Source: Eledone cirrhosa (taxonomy: Eukaryota). Taken from it: DNA of 64,000 nucleotides. Within the stretch, counting starts at the first letter, position 1, and each line of letters starts with the position of its first letter. The stretch spans positions 51,956,001 through 52,020,000 of the forward strand of contig OZ024744.1 in the NCBI GenBank assembly GCA_964016885.1. The letters run 5' to 3'. Positions 42,814 to 53,900 of this stretch are shown in pieces. Position numbers and translations under genes: made by a program. The notes under the pieces were generated by a model, which did not search any database, was not told the DNA's origin, and saw only the letters and a list, made by a program, of their open reading frames with translations.

Positions 42814-45800
42814 ATGGCTTTGCTAAGAGTAGGCTGTCTAAATGCGAGTGGCCTGGGTTCAACTTGGAAGCAAGCAATGCTTCTAAATGACCTCAGGTCA
42901 CAACGTATAGATGTGATGGTTATTTGCGAGGCCCGGATCAGCAGCGTGCGACAGCTGGCCCCCATCTTTGGTGACTTTGAGATGCACGCATCTCTCTGTC
43001 AGCCCGGAGGTGGGGGTGGGGTTGTCGTTCTGCTGCAAAAACATCTGGGTCTCGCAACACAGACGGTGAATTTGAACCCGGAGGGACGACTAGTGGTTCT
43101 GGACCTTGGGAGTGGTGAAGGCGGAGCATTTAGACTGGTAGCCGTCTACGGCCCTTTCGGGTCAACGCGACCGGAATTCTTCCATCGTCTGGAGACTTTT
43201 CTAAGGACGTCCCGCTCCTTGCTATTAGTGGGGAACTGGAATGGTATCCTAGATGCACGCTGGGACTACGTAGGGCCTGTCCCGATAGAGAAGGGTGTAA
43301 CAGCCTCAAATGGTTAATCGGTCGATTTGACCTGGTCGATAGATATCGACTAGATTTTCCGACTTCGCCAACCTGGACTTGGGCGAACCGCAGCGGATCA
43401 TCTAGCTCGTACCTAGATAGGTTCTTAGTTAGAAATAAGGATAACGACTTTTTAAGTTGTCCAAAAATGCTCATGGTTGGTTATTCAGACCACAAGTTAG
43501 TGACCTGCAGGGTCAACCTTGACAGAACGTATAGACAGGGACCCGGTTACTGGAAGCTCAACTTGTCCTTACCGGTAAGTAAGGCTGACAGGGACCGGAT
43601 TAGCACTTTAGTTAAGGAGCGGTTGACGGGCGCCATTGTAAACAGCAGGTGGTGGGGATCTCTCAAAAGAGAGATTAGAGTAGTCTCTATAGAATTTAGT
43701 AAGGAGTTAGCCTCAAATAGAAATAGGAAGGAAAGGGAGTTGGTAGATAGTGTAGAAGAGGCAATTAGAAGCGGCGATGTGGCCAGAGTGCTAGCGTCGA
43801 GAACGGCCCTGGGCCAGTTCTTCGACGCGAAACACGAAGGCTGCATCGTCTGAAGCAAAATATGTGCTCTGGGAAATGAGGGGACCAAAGCTGTTAGCTG
43901 GGCCCGCGTGACAGAAGCCAAAATAGGGAGTAGATCCACTATTCGGTCTTTGCGAGACCAGGATGGACGGGTTATCCTTAAACCTAAGCAGATGTGCGAG
44001 GCTTTTCAAAAGCATTTTGCGAGATTGTTCGGAAGGGGCGGGGAACCGGTTGCGCAAGTAGAGTTCGGTCCATACCTCGACGGCCTGCCGCGTCTCTCGG
44101 ACAGGGAGGCGAAGTCCTGCGAGGAGCCGATTTCAGTCGCTGAGATAGAGGACGTGCTGAGCCAATGCGGCAAACGCAAATCCCCGGGTCTCGATGGTCT
44201 TCCATACGAACTATATCTAGCTATGCCGGACTTGTTCCCCGATCTCCTCGAGACGGTCTATTGCAACTGGCAACAGAACGGGAGAATTCCCTGTGCTGTG
44301 ACCAAGGGCGTAGTCACGCTAGTGAGGAAGGACGAGAACAAGGGGGACGATATAAATAATTTCAGGCCCATAACTCTGCTAAATACAGAGTTACAGATTT
44401 TGGCCAAGGTGCTAGCAAAGAGGTTGGCGCTTGTCGTGGGAAACCTGGTGGGAGATGCGCAGACATGTGCTATCCCGTCCATGTCCATCCACGACAACCT
44501 CTACCTCATGCGATACATCATAGAGAGGGTTGGGAACGAACCCGGCTTTGGTGGGGCCCTGATCAACTTTGATCAATCTAAGGCGTTCGATAGGGTCGAC
44601 CATGGATGCGATGCTAGCGGCGGCAGGCTTCGGACCCGTTTTCAGGGGCTGGATCAATGCCATGCACAGCAACCGCATCTGCTCTAGGGTCAAGCTGAAC
44701 GGCTCGCAATCGCGCGGTCCATCCGACAAGGGTGCCCTCTCGCCTCCCTTCTGTATGTAATGACTCTAAAGCCACTGCTGCGGAAGTTTGAGTTGTTGCA
44801 GGGCATCCCGTTGGAACCGGGATTGCGGAAAGCGGTGTCGGCCTACGCCGATGACGTAACAGTAATGGTGTCGACGGCCTCGGAAATCGGGGCGATCGGC
44901 ACCTTACTGGAGGAGTACGAAATTTTACAGGGACTAAGCTGAACCGGGACGATTCGATCGGTCTGCAACTCGGCACGTGGAGCGGCAGATGGATGCCCTC
45001 CGATGGCGACGTCGGGCGCTGGACGGAGGGACCGTTGAAGTTGCTCGGGGTCTGGTTCGGACCAGACCTCCAGGTGGAGAAGAACTGGGGTGAGGTAACG
45101 AACAGGGTGTTTGCACTGATCCCGAAGTGGGCCGAGTGCAAACTGTCCGTGAAAGGTCGGGCGGAGGTGGCGAACACTTATATAGCGTCCGTCATCTACT
45201 ACCGCCTGACCGTCGTGCCTTGCACAAGGGAAACGCTCGCCAAAATGGAGCGCGCACTCTTCCAATTCCTTTGGAAGAACCAGGCTCCTATGGTGAGGAG
45301 ATCCATTTGCTGTCAACACCCTTCAAAAGGAGGGCTGGGGATGCCGTGGCTGATGATGCGTAAACACGCATTTAGGCTACGGTACCTCCAGGTATTCCTC
45401 ACCGGTCAACCGGTGTGGGCCTCTTTGTGAGGCGAGCCTTTCCCAAACTCGTCTCGCTCACCGAGCTACAATCCTGGGTAAAGCAAAGACCGAGAAAACT
45501 GGGCGCCTGGCACACCGAGTGTGCCCAGGCGCTCACGGCTCTCTGGCAGGCGGACCCGGCTGTCAGTGGAGAATCCACCTCGTCATTCTATAGAGGGCTA
45601 GTGGTTAGCAGGTGCGACGACGCCCTCGGAGATGCCCTAGGCATGGAGGAAAACGAACTGGCCAACCTGTTTGGTAGGACATTCAGCCCGGGACCTATGG
45701 ATAACTTCCAGAGGTCCCTGGCCTGGTAGTGCTACCGAGTGGCTCTACCCGTTCGAGAAAGGCTCTACAGACACGGGCGCCCGGGTAGAGACCCCTCTAA

Positions 45801-46223
45801 AAAGATCTGTCCCAGATGCGTGTGCGACGAGGAAACCGTTGCACACGTATTGGTACACTGCTCGGGCATTGCCATCTGTGGGGCTATGTCGAACGACTGC
45901 TGTCACGGGTGGGATCGATCCGGTTGACCACCGAGGCTATTGTAACGATCAAGCCGCCTCCCCTCTTCAAAAACGAAGGAGAGGCGGTGTTTCTGTGCGT
46001 AATAACCATGGCGAAAGAGGTTGTATTGTGGACGCGTCTGAAAGGACTGAGGTCAGACACCTTTCTCTCTGGCCAACAACTGGTCCGTTTCTTCCGATAT
46101 CATTTCGGAAGAAGGATCAGGATGGAGAGAGAGGTGCTGCACCGCAGCCATTTTTATGAAAGATGGGTGAAAGTGGCGAGAATTGCCTGTGTGAATGGGC
46201 CTTCACTCTACATCAGACTGTAG
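42814..46223 (+). pseudogene. Tx1-type ORF2 (APE endonuclease, reverse transcriptase, C-terminal zinc motif), disrupted
   Basis: Starts MALLRVGCLNASGL. EN motifs: LVGNWN, SYLDRFLV, YSDH. RT motifs: KSPGLDGLPYELY, NFRPITLLN, DQSKAFDRVDH, RQGCPLS, AYADD (44841-44855). C-terminal CPRC...ETVAHVLVHC. Stops at 43851 and 45727 plus several frameshifts (near 43290, 44600, 44930, 45420 and 45875). Confidence 0.95.
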
Positions 46224-46496
46224 GTGAGGAAGATGAAAGATCAAGGGAGCACCCTCTCTCTGTGCACCTGAGGAGAAGGGTTGCACACTTTTTTCGGGGG
46301 GGGGGTGCGACCCCCCCACAAGGCGCCTCCTCCCTATTGAGGATTTTGTTATTCAATTTATTTTTGTTATATTTTATATTTTTATATTTTTATATTTTGT
46401 TATTGCCTCCTCCTTATTGAGGGCGCCTTTTTATGTAAACTCCCCCCTTTGTACTTGTCCCACTCTTTGACGCCCTAGTGGCAAATAAAAAGAAAG

Positions 46497-46540
<44 letters not shown>

Positions 46541-46542
46541 AT
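46497..46542. repeat. (TATC)n microsatellite at the 3' flank of the Tx1 element
   Basis: Seen directly. A shorter tract lies at 41266-41283 on the 5' flank. Confidence 0.95.
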
Positions 46543-46809
46543 ATCAATCTACCTACCCCAACATGAATTAACAACCTCAGTTTTTAATAAGGTTCCTTTG
46601 AAAATACTGTATATCGTTCATATAATCTCAAACATGTCTGTATAGTTACGAAATTCGTTTCGCAACCTTGTGATTTTGAGTTCGGTTCTTGTTGGATGTA
46701 CCGTCTTCGAGTGTAATGTATTACCGCATACCTTGCGTCGGTTTACCACATTCCTTGCTGGTGGAACTTGTTGGTTAACAGAAACTAAACTGAAGTCTAA
46801 TCTACTAAA

Positions 46810-48030
46810 TCGCAAATCCTCTTACTCTACTCGGATCCCACATTCCTCCTGGCCCCTATGCTGCACCTGTCTGTTCATCACCAACCACCCCATTTCAACA
46901 AATGTTATCTATTAGATAACCAATGCTGTTTAACAACGCCCACAGTTACTCAGCTAATACCATTCTACATTCACCTTTAACCTTCCCTAATCAAATGCCA
47001 CTCACATTTTCTCTTAACACCTCAGGCCTAGCTTACACAGCTTCTTCGAACGCAGACAAGGAAAGTATTCTCCAATGGATTCATGCCGACCTCGTCTATT
47101 TCAACAGCAAAAGCAATCACAAGAAATACAAACGAAAACATCTCAAGCCCTGCTCATTTCAAGAAAGTATCATCGCATCTCACCTTTCTTAATCATGGAC
47201 ATCGCATCACCTGAGTCGTCGCGATCTCACAAAGTGTTAGGCCACACAATCACAGATAATCTCTTATGGAGAATACACCTTCTGAATATACCTAGAACCA
47301 CATCCCTTTAACTGACCCTCCTCTTTCAGAAAAATACTTCGATCCCAACAAACAATTGTGTCTACTTTTGGCACAAGGCCAGCAATAACTCAGTACATTA
47401 CTGGTACTATATTTGATTGACCTCGTAAGGATGAAAGGCAAAGTTAACCTTGGCGGGATTTGAACTCAGAACGTAAAGGGCTGTAACTCTATGCTGCAAA
47501 GCATGGTGTCCGACCCTCTACCGATACTGCCAATCCACCGAATAATGACACTATGCAGCACGGGTGTGACACGTAGTGGGGTACTGCTATTACATCTGGC
47601 GTGGTATGGTAATGCGCATACTTGCCTCCTGCAAAACGTTCAGAATAAAGAAACCAATCAGGCAAAATGCTGACACTTGTTCTCTGTCTCTCCAGTCACA
47701 CAACAACAACATCAACACACTCCGTCGACCTTTTCTACTGTTACTACAAACGTCTCTTTTTCTCAGAATTTGCTGAACTCATGCCGCCTCCACCCAGAAA
47801 CAACTTCCGTCTAACCCTGTTCCCTTCCTATTAAAGCCCAGGCTCCGGACTTATTACTGCACCCAATTATTCCTTCCTGGAAAGTTTGCCTTCTGGAACT
47901 ACCTCTGTGCTTATATCTTTCTCAAAATATTGTACCTGCAACAATTTAAACAGAGCAATAACTGCATCAATATCTCTTCAATCTGAAGATCAAGTACCCT
48001 GCCCCTTCCTTCTGACCAGACTTGTAAAAT
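46810..48030 (+). mobile_element. Old 3' fragment of an L2/CR1-group LINE (RT C-terminal half), interrupted by a SINE
   Basis: Degenerate motifs in the expected order: NAHSYSANTILHS (like IHSYADDTTLHS), ESILQWIHADLVYFN, KVLGHTITDNLLWRIHL, GYCYYIW (like EYCSHIW), FYCYY...EFAELMPPP, LQQFKQS. Ends near TGTAAAATAAAAAC. Confidence 0.8.
47354..47540 (-). mobile_element. tRNA-derived MetaSINE (octopus-like)
   Basis: Minus strand: A box TGGCAGTATCGGTAG, B box GAGTTCAAATCCC, Meta-domain-like TTTGCCTTTCATCCTTACGAGGTCAATCAAATATAGTACCAG and tail GGCCTTGTGCCAAAA. Confidence 0.85.
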
Positions 48031-48189
48031 AAAAACAAACAAACAAGTAAATAAAAAATGGAAACATAGAAAAAGAAAATGTTCCACTATAAAGAAGTCG
48101 TTGCACCGGCTCTATAACGGCACACACCTCGTCCATTTCCGGCTCCTACGGTCATTTATCCTGCTTGTGAAGGAGAAATAAAGAGACGG

Positions 48190-48329
<140 letters not shown>

Positions 48330-48649
48330 AAGAAGAATCAGGAGGAGAAAAACTAGTTAAGGGAAAGGCGCGAAGTCAAAAAAGACAATGGTGATGACAA
48401 CAAAAGAGAAACAACAAAACAAACAAAACACAAACAAAACAAACAAACACAAGCAAAAAAAAAACCAAACGACATACAAAGAGATGATTTTTTCACCATT
48501 GTATTGTGTATTATATATTTCCCGACAATCTTTTGTTTTATATATTTCGGGTGTTCATAACTGTTTTCAACTAATCGTTTTTATTGAACCAATTATTATG
48601 GCACCTGACAGTCAAGTAGGACTGAAGAGTGCACTGGCCTATGAAATAC

Positions 48650-49018
48650 CACCCCATACATATATTACAGCACACACACATACATACATATTGCACACTA
48701 CCTCCGACACACGCATACACACATACACGTACACCACTAGACACCATCACACCGCAAGGCAATACTCACTCATATACATACACACACATATCACTACACA
48801 CATATACACACATGCATATTTCACACCCGACACACACATGCATTATCTACCACACTTGCATATACACATGTTACACACTTACACACATTACACATAACCA
48901 CACATTACAAACAGATCCATTTTTTTCTGTTTTCTTCCTATCTTTGTCGACTTCTTTCTTTACTTCTTTCTTTACTTCTTTATCCATTCTCTCTTTGCTC
49001 ATTCACATACACAGACAC

Positions 49019-49072
<54 letters not shown>

Positions 49073-49125
49073 TCTCTCTCTCACTCTCTCTCTCTCTCTC
49101 TCTCTCCCTCTCTCTCACACACACA
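48650..49125. repeat. Degenerate CA-rich tract followed by (CT)n
   Basis: Seen directly. Confidence 0.9.
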
Positions 49126-49144
49126 CCTTTATAATGTACTGATA

Positions 49145-49201
49145 AAATTATCGTGATAATTTCTTACAAATGAAACAGTTTTAGGCCTGTAGAAGTAATT
49201 T
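49145..49201 (+). ncRNA. Degenerate type I hammerhead ribozyme relic, same family as 50491-50541
   Basis: AAATTATC GTGATAA TTTCTTACAAAT GAAA CAG-TTTTAGGC-CTG TA GAAGTAATTT. The CUGAUGA core carries two substitutions. Confidence 0.5.
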
Positions 49202-49203
49202 CC

Positions 49204-49251
<48 letters not shown>

Positions 49252-49297
49252 AACGTATTCATTTATTAATATTTTGAATAATATATATATATATAAT

Positions 49298-49346
<49 letters not shown>

Positions 49347-49459
49347 CAGCGATTCTTTGCTTAAACATTAATCTGTTATTTTAATAAATATATATCCCTG
49401 AAATATGTATATTGAAATAAATATGGTTTTATAAATATAGTTTCCTTTTATTTAATATC

Positions 49460-49531
<72 letters not shown>

Positions 49532-49588
49532 AGGAAAATATAGAAATTATTGTGAGCAGGAAGCCAACAGTATTTCATATTTCACATC

Positions 49589-49630
<42 letters not shown>

Positions 49631-49662
49631 GTATATATATATTTATTAAAATAACAGATTAA

Positions 49663-49713
49663 AGTTTAAGCAAAGAATCGCTGCTTTCACCCTTAACGGG
49701 ATCTTCTGAAACT
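49663..49713 (-). ncRNA. Type I hammerhead ribozyme motif with one core substitution
   Basis: Minus strand: AGTTT CAGAAGA TCCC-GTTAA-GGGT GAAA GCA-GCGATTCTT-TGC TT AAACT. All three stems pair, and the core reads CAGAAGA instead of CUGANGA. Confidence 0.6.
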
Positions 49714-49846
49714 AACAAAGTCAATCTGTGAACGCAGAATTGGATATTTCAAAAAACGAGCCTTATCGAGCCCTCTTTGGATTTTAGTCTTCAATTTTAT
49801 TATTATTACTATATATATATATATATATATGTTTTCTATACCTTTC

Positions 49847-49950
<104 letters not shown>

Positions 49951-50108
49951 ATACTTTGGGAGGGTCATGTTGCCAATAAGAAACACACGCACCAGTTGCT
50001 TTCACTTCAATTTATTATATATTTATAAATTTATAAATTTACAAATCTACAAACTTATAAATTTCTGGTTGGTTGGTTGGTTCCACAACCAGATAGTTGT
50101 TTATATAT

Positions 50109-50153
50109 AGTCATAGTCCTTTCGTCACACACTCTGTGACCTCTTCAGTGACT
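50109..50153 (-). ncRNA. Minimal type I hammerhead ribozyme motif
   Basis: Minus strand: AGTCA CTGAAGA G GTCAC-AGAGTGT-GTGAC GAAA GGAC TA TGACT. Core intact, 5-bp stems I and II, vestigial stem III. Confidence 0.7.
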
Positions 50154-50328
50154 GGGGATTCCTTTCTTTGTTTCCGTGCCTTTCCTTTCTTCTGTCCTAC
50201 GCCATTTTGTTTCTGTGTGTGACACACACAGAAACAAAATCTTTGGTAAAGATGGCTGTCACAGAAATATATATAGCAGTAATAAACGAAGCTAAATTTT
50301 AAACATTTGACTTTTATTTTACTTTATT

Positions 50329-50401
<73 letters not shown>

Positions 50402-50490
50402 TATATACGTTATTCCGGGTTGAATCGGAGGTAACCACAGTAAGTAAGGTACTCAATACATAGCAGAGTATAAAAGTTTTAATATAGATG

Positions 50491-50540
50491 AGATTCTACA
50501 GGACTAGAACTGTTTCATTCTTTAGAAATCATCAGGAATC

Positions 50541-50541
<1 letters not shown>
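50491..50541 (-). ncRNA. Type I hammerhead ribozyme motif with intact core
   Basis: Minus strand: AGATTC CTGATGA TTTC-TAAA-GAAT GAAA CAG-TTCTAGTC-CTG TA GAATCT. 6-bp stem I, GUA cleavage triplet, weak stem II. Confidence 0.75.
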
Positions 50542-50577
<36 letters not shown>

Positions 50578-50982
50578 ATATTTATATATATATACGTTTA
50601 TATTTATATACGTTTATATATATATATATACACAGACACATATTATATATATAATGTATACATGTGTGTGTGTGTGAGTATGTGTGTGAGTGTGAATGTA
50701 TGTGTGTCTGTGTGTGTGTGTGAATGAGTGAGTGTGTGAGAGTGTGTGAGTCAGCGTGTACATGTGTGTAGGTGTATGTATGTATGATAAGCAATCACAG
50801 CAGCAGAACAGCACAGCAGCAGCAACAGCAGCATAAGAGATCACCCCGTTTATTTTGTGTGTTAAATCAGGCGTTTATTAACTTAACTGTTTCTCTGTCC
50901 TGTCCCCTTCATCCTCTCTCACCTCATTTCACTTCACTTTCGTGTAATTGTTGTTGTCTACATAAAGATCACATTGTTAACT

Positions 50983-53900
50983 GGTGTTGTTGTTGTTGTT
51001 GGTGTTGGTGGTGGTGGTATTGGTGGTGGTATTGGTGGTGGTATTGGTGGTATTGGTGGTGTTGGTGGTGGTGTTGGTGGTGTTGGTGGTGGTGTTGGTG
51101 TTGGTGGTGGTTGTATTGGTGGTGGTATTGGTGGTATTGGTGGTGTTGGTGGTGGTATTGGTGGTGTTGGTGGTGTTGGTGGTGGTGTTGGTGTTGGTGG
51201 TGGTTGTATTGGTGGTGGTATTGGTGGTATTGGTGGTGTTGGTGGTGGTATTGGTGGTGTTGGTGGTGTTGGTGGTGGTGTTGGTGGTGGTGGTGGTGGT
51301 ATTGGTGGTGGTATTGGTGGTGTTGGTGGTGGTGGTGTTGGTGGTATTGGGGTGGTGTTGGTGGTGTTGGTGGTATTGTTGGTGGTATTGGTGGTGTTGG
51401 TGGTGGTGGTGTTGGTGGTATTGGGGTGGTGTTGGTGGTGTTGGTGGTATTGTTGGTGGTATTGGTGGTGTTGGTGGTGGTGGTGTTGGTGGTATTGGGG
51501 TGGTGTTGGTGGTGTTGGTGGTATTGTTGGTGGTATTGGTGGTGTTGGTGGTGGTGGTGTTGGTGGTATTGGGGTGGTGTTGGTGGTGTTGTAGGTGGTG
51601 GTGTTGGTGGTGGTATTGGTGGTGTTGGTGGTGGTATTGGTGGTGTTGGTGGTGGTATTGATGGTATTGGTGGTGGTGTTGGTGGTGTTGGTGGTGGTGA
51701 TGGTGGTGTTGGTGGTGGTGTTGGTGGTGTTGTTGGTGTTGTTGGTGGTGTTGGTGGTGGTGTTGGTGGTGTTGGTGGTGGTGTTGATGGTATTGGTGGT
51801 GGTATTAGTGGTGTTGGTGGTGGTGTTGGTGGTGTTGTTGGTGTTGTTGGTGGTGTTGGTGGTGTTGATGGTGGTGTTGGTGGTGTTGTTGGTGTTGTTG
51901 GTGGTGTTGGTGGTGGTGTTGGTGGTGTTGGTGGTGGTGTTGATGGTATTGGTGGTGGTGTTGGTGGTGTTGATGGTGGTGTTGGTGGTGTTGTTGGTGT
52001 TGTTGGTGGTGTTGGTGGTGGTGTTGGTGGTGTTGGTGGTGGTGTTGATGGTATTGGTGGTGGTATTAGTGGTGTTGGTGGTGGTATTGGTGGTGTTGGT
52101 GGTGGTATTGGTGGTGGTATTGGTGGTGTTGGTGGTGGTGGTGGTGTTGTTGGTGGTATTGGTGGTGTAGGTGGTGGTATTGGTGGTGGTGGTGGTGGTA
52201 TTAGTGATGGTGTTGGTGTTGTTGGTGGTGGTGGTATTGGTGGTGTCGGTGGTGGTGGTGGTGGTGGTATTGGTGGTGTTGGTGGAGTTGGTGGTGGTAT
52301 TGGTGGTGTTGGTGGTGGTACTGGTGGTGTTGGTGGTGGTATTGGTGGTGGTATTGGTGGTGTTGGTGGTGGTGGTGGTGTTGTTGGTGGTATTGGTGGT
52401 GTAGGTGGTGGTATTGGTGGTGGTGGTGGTGGTATTAGTGATGGTGTTGGTGTTGTTGGTGGTGGTGGTATTGGTGGTGTCGGTGGTGGTGGTGGTGGTG
52501 GTATTGGTGGTGTTGGTGGAGTTGGTGGTGGTATTGGTGGTGTTGGTGGTGGTATTGGTGGTGTTGGTGGTGGTATTGGTGGTGGTATTGGTGGTGTTGG
52601 TGGTGGTGGTGGTGTTGTTGGTGGTATTGGTGGTGTAGGTGGTGGTATTGGTGGTGGTGGTGGTGGTATTAGTGATGGTGTTGGTGTTGTTGGTGGTGGT
52701 GGTATTGGTGGTGTCGGTGGTGGTGGTGGTGGTGGTATTGGTGGTGTTGGTGGAGTTGGTGGTGGTATTGGTGGTGTTGGTGGTGGTACTGGTGGTGTTG
52801 GTGGTGTTGGTATTGGTGGTGGTATTGGTGGAGTTGGTGGTGGTGTTGGTGTTGTTGGTGGTGTTGTTGGTGGTGTTGGTGGTGGTATTATTGGTGTTGG
52901 TGGTGTTGGTGGTGTTGGTGGTGGTGGTGGTGGTGGTATTGGTGGTGTTCGTGGTGTTGGTGGTGGTGGTATTGGTGGTGTTGGTGGAGTTGGTGTTGGT
53001 ATTGGTGGTGTTGGTGGTGGTATTGCTGGTGTTGTTGGTGGTATAGGTGGTATTGGTGGTGGTATCGGTGGTGGTATTGGTGGTGTTGGTGGTGGTGTTG
53101 GTGGTGGTGTTGGTGGTGGTGGTGGTGGTATTGGTGGTATTGGTGGTATTGGTGGTATTGGTGGTTGTATTGGTGGTGGTGTTGGTGGTGGTATTGGTGG
53201 TGTTGGTGGTGGTATTGGTGAAGTTGGTGGTGGTGTTGTTGGAGTTGGTGGTGGTGTTGGTGGTATTGGTGGTGGTATTGGTGGTGTTGGTGGTGGTATT
53301 GGTGGTATTGGTGGTGTTGGTGTGGTGTTGGTGGTATTGGTGGTGTTGCTGGTGGTATTGGTGGTGTTGGTGGTGGTGTTGGTGGTGGTGTTGGTGGTCT
53401 TGGTGGTGGTATTGGTGTTGGTGGTGTTGGTGGTTGTATTGGTGTTGTTGTTGATGGTGTTTATGTTGTTGGTGGTGTTGGTGGTGTTGGTGGTGGTATT
53501 GGTGGTGTTGGTGGTGGTGTCGGTGGTGGTATTAGTGTTGGGTTTGTGGAGGTGGTGGTGGTGGTGGTTATTGTTGTTGGTGATGTTAGTGTTGTTGGTG
53601 GTGATGTCAGTGTTGTTAGTGGTATTGGTGGTGTTGGTGGTGGTATTGGTGGTGTTGGTGGTGGTATTGTTGGTGTTGGTGGTGGTGGTATTGGTGGTGG
53701 TATTGTTGGTTTTATTGGTGGTGTTGGTGGTGGTATTCGTGGTGTTGGTGGTGCTGGTATTGGGGGTGGTATTGGTGAAGTTGGTGGTGTTGTTGGTGGT
53801 GTTGGTGGTGTTGGTTGTGGTGTTGGTGGTATTGGTGCTGTTGGTGGTGGTATTGGTGGTCTTGGTGGTGGTATTGGTGGTGGTGGTGGTGGTGGTGTTG

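Larger units (their letters stand above)
41292..46496 (+). mobile_element. L1-Tx1-clade non-LTR retrotransposon, near full length (probably 5'-truncated in ORF1), inactive
   Basis: ORF1 with a zinc knuckle, ORF2 with APE, RT and a C-terminal Cys/His motif, and a 3' UTR ending AATAAAAAGAAAG. (TATC)n lies on both flanks. Confidence 0.93.

Noticed and set aside
42814-46223. Active or domesticated reverse transcriptase gene
   Set aside because: Multiple stops and frameshifts, and the endonuclease GDWN motif is changed to GNWN.
47354-47540. tRNA gene
   Set aside because: A and B boxes are present but there is no cloverleaf, and they are followed by a Meta domain and tail, so this is a SINE.
49550-49595. 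Fifth hammerhead (minus strand CTGATGTGAAATATGAAATAC)
   Set aside because: The core is incomplete and stems I-III cannot be formed convincingly.
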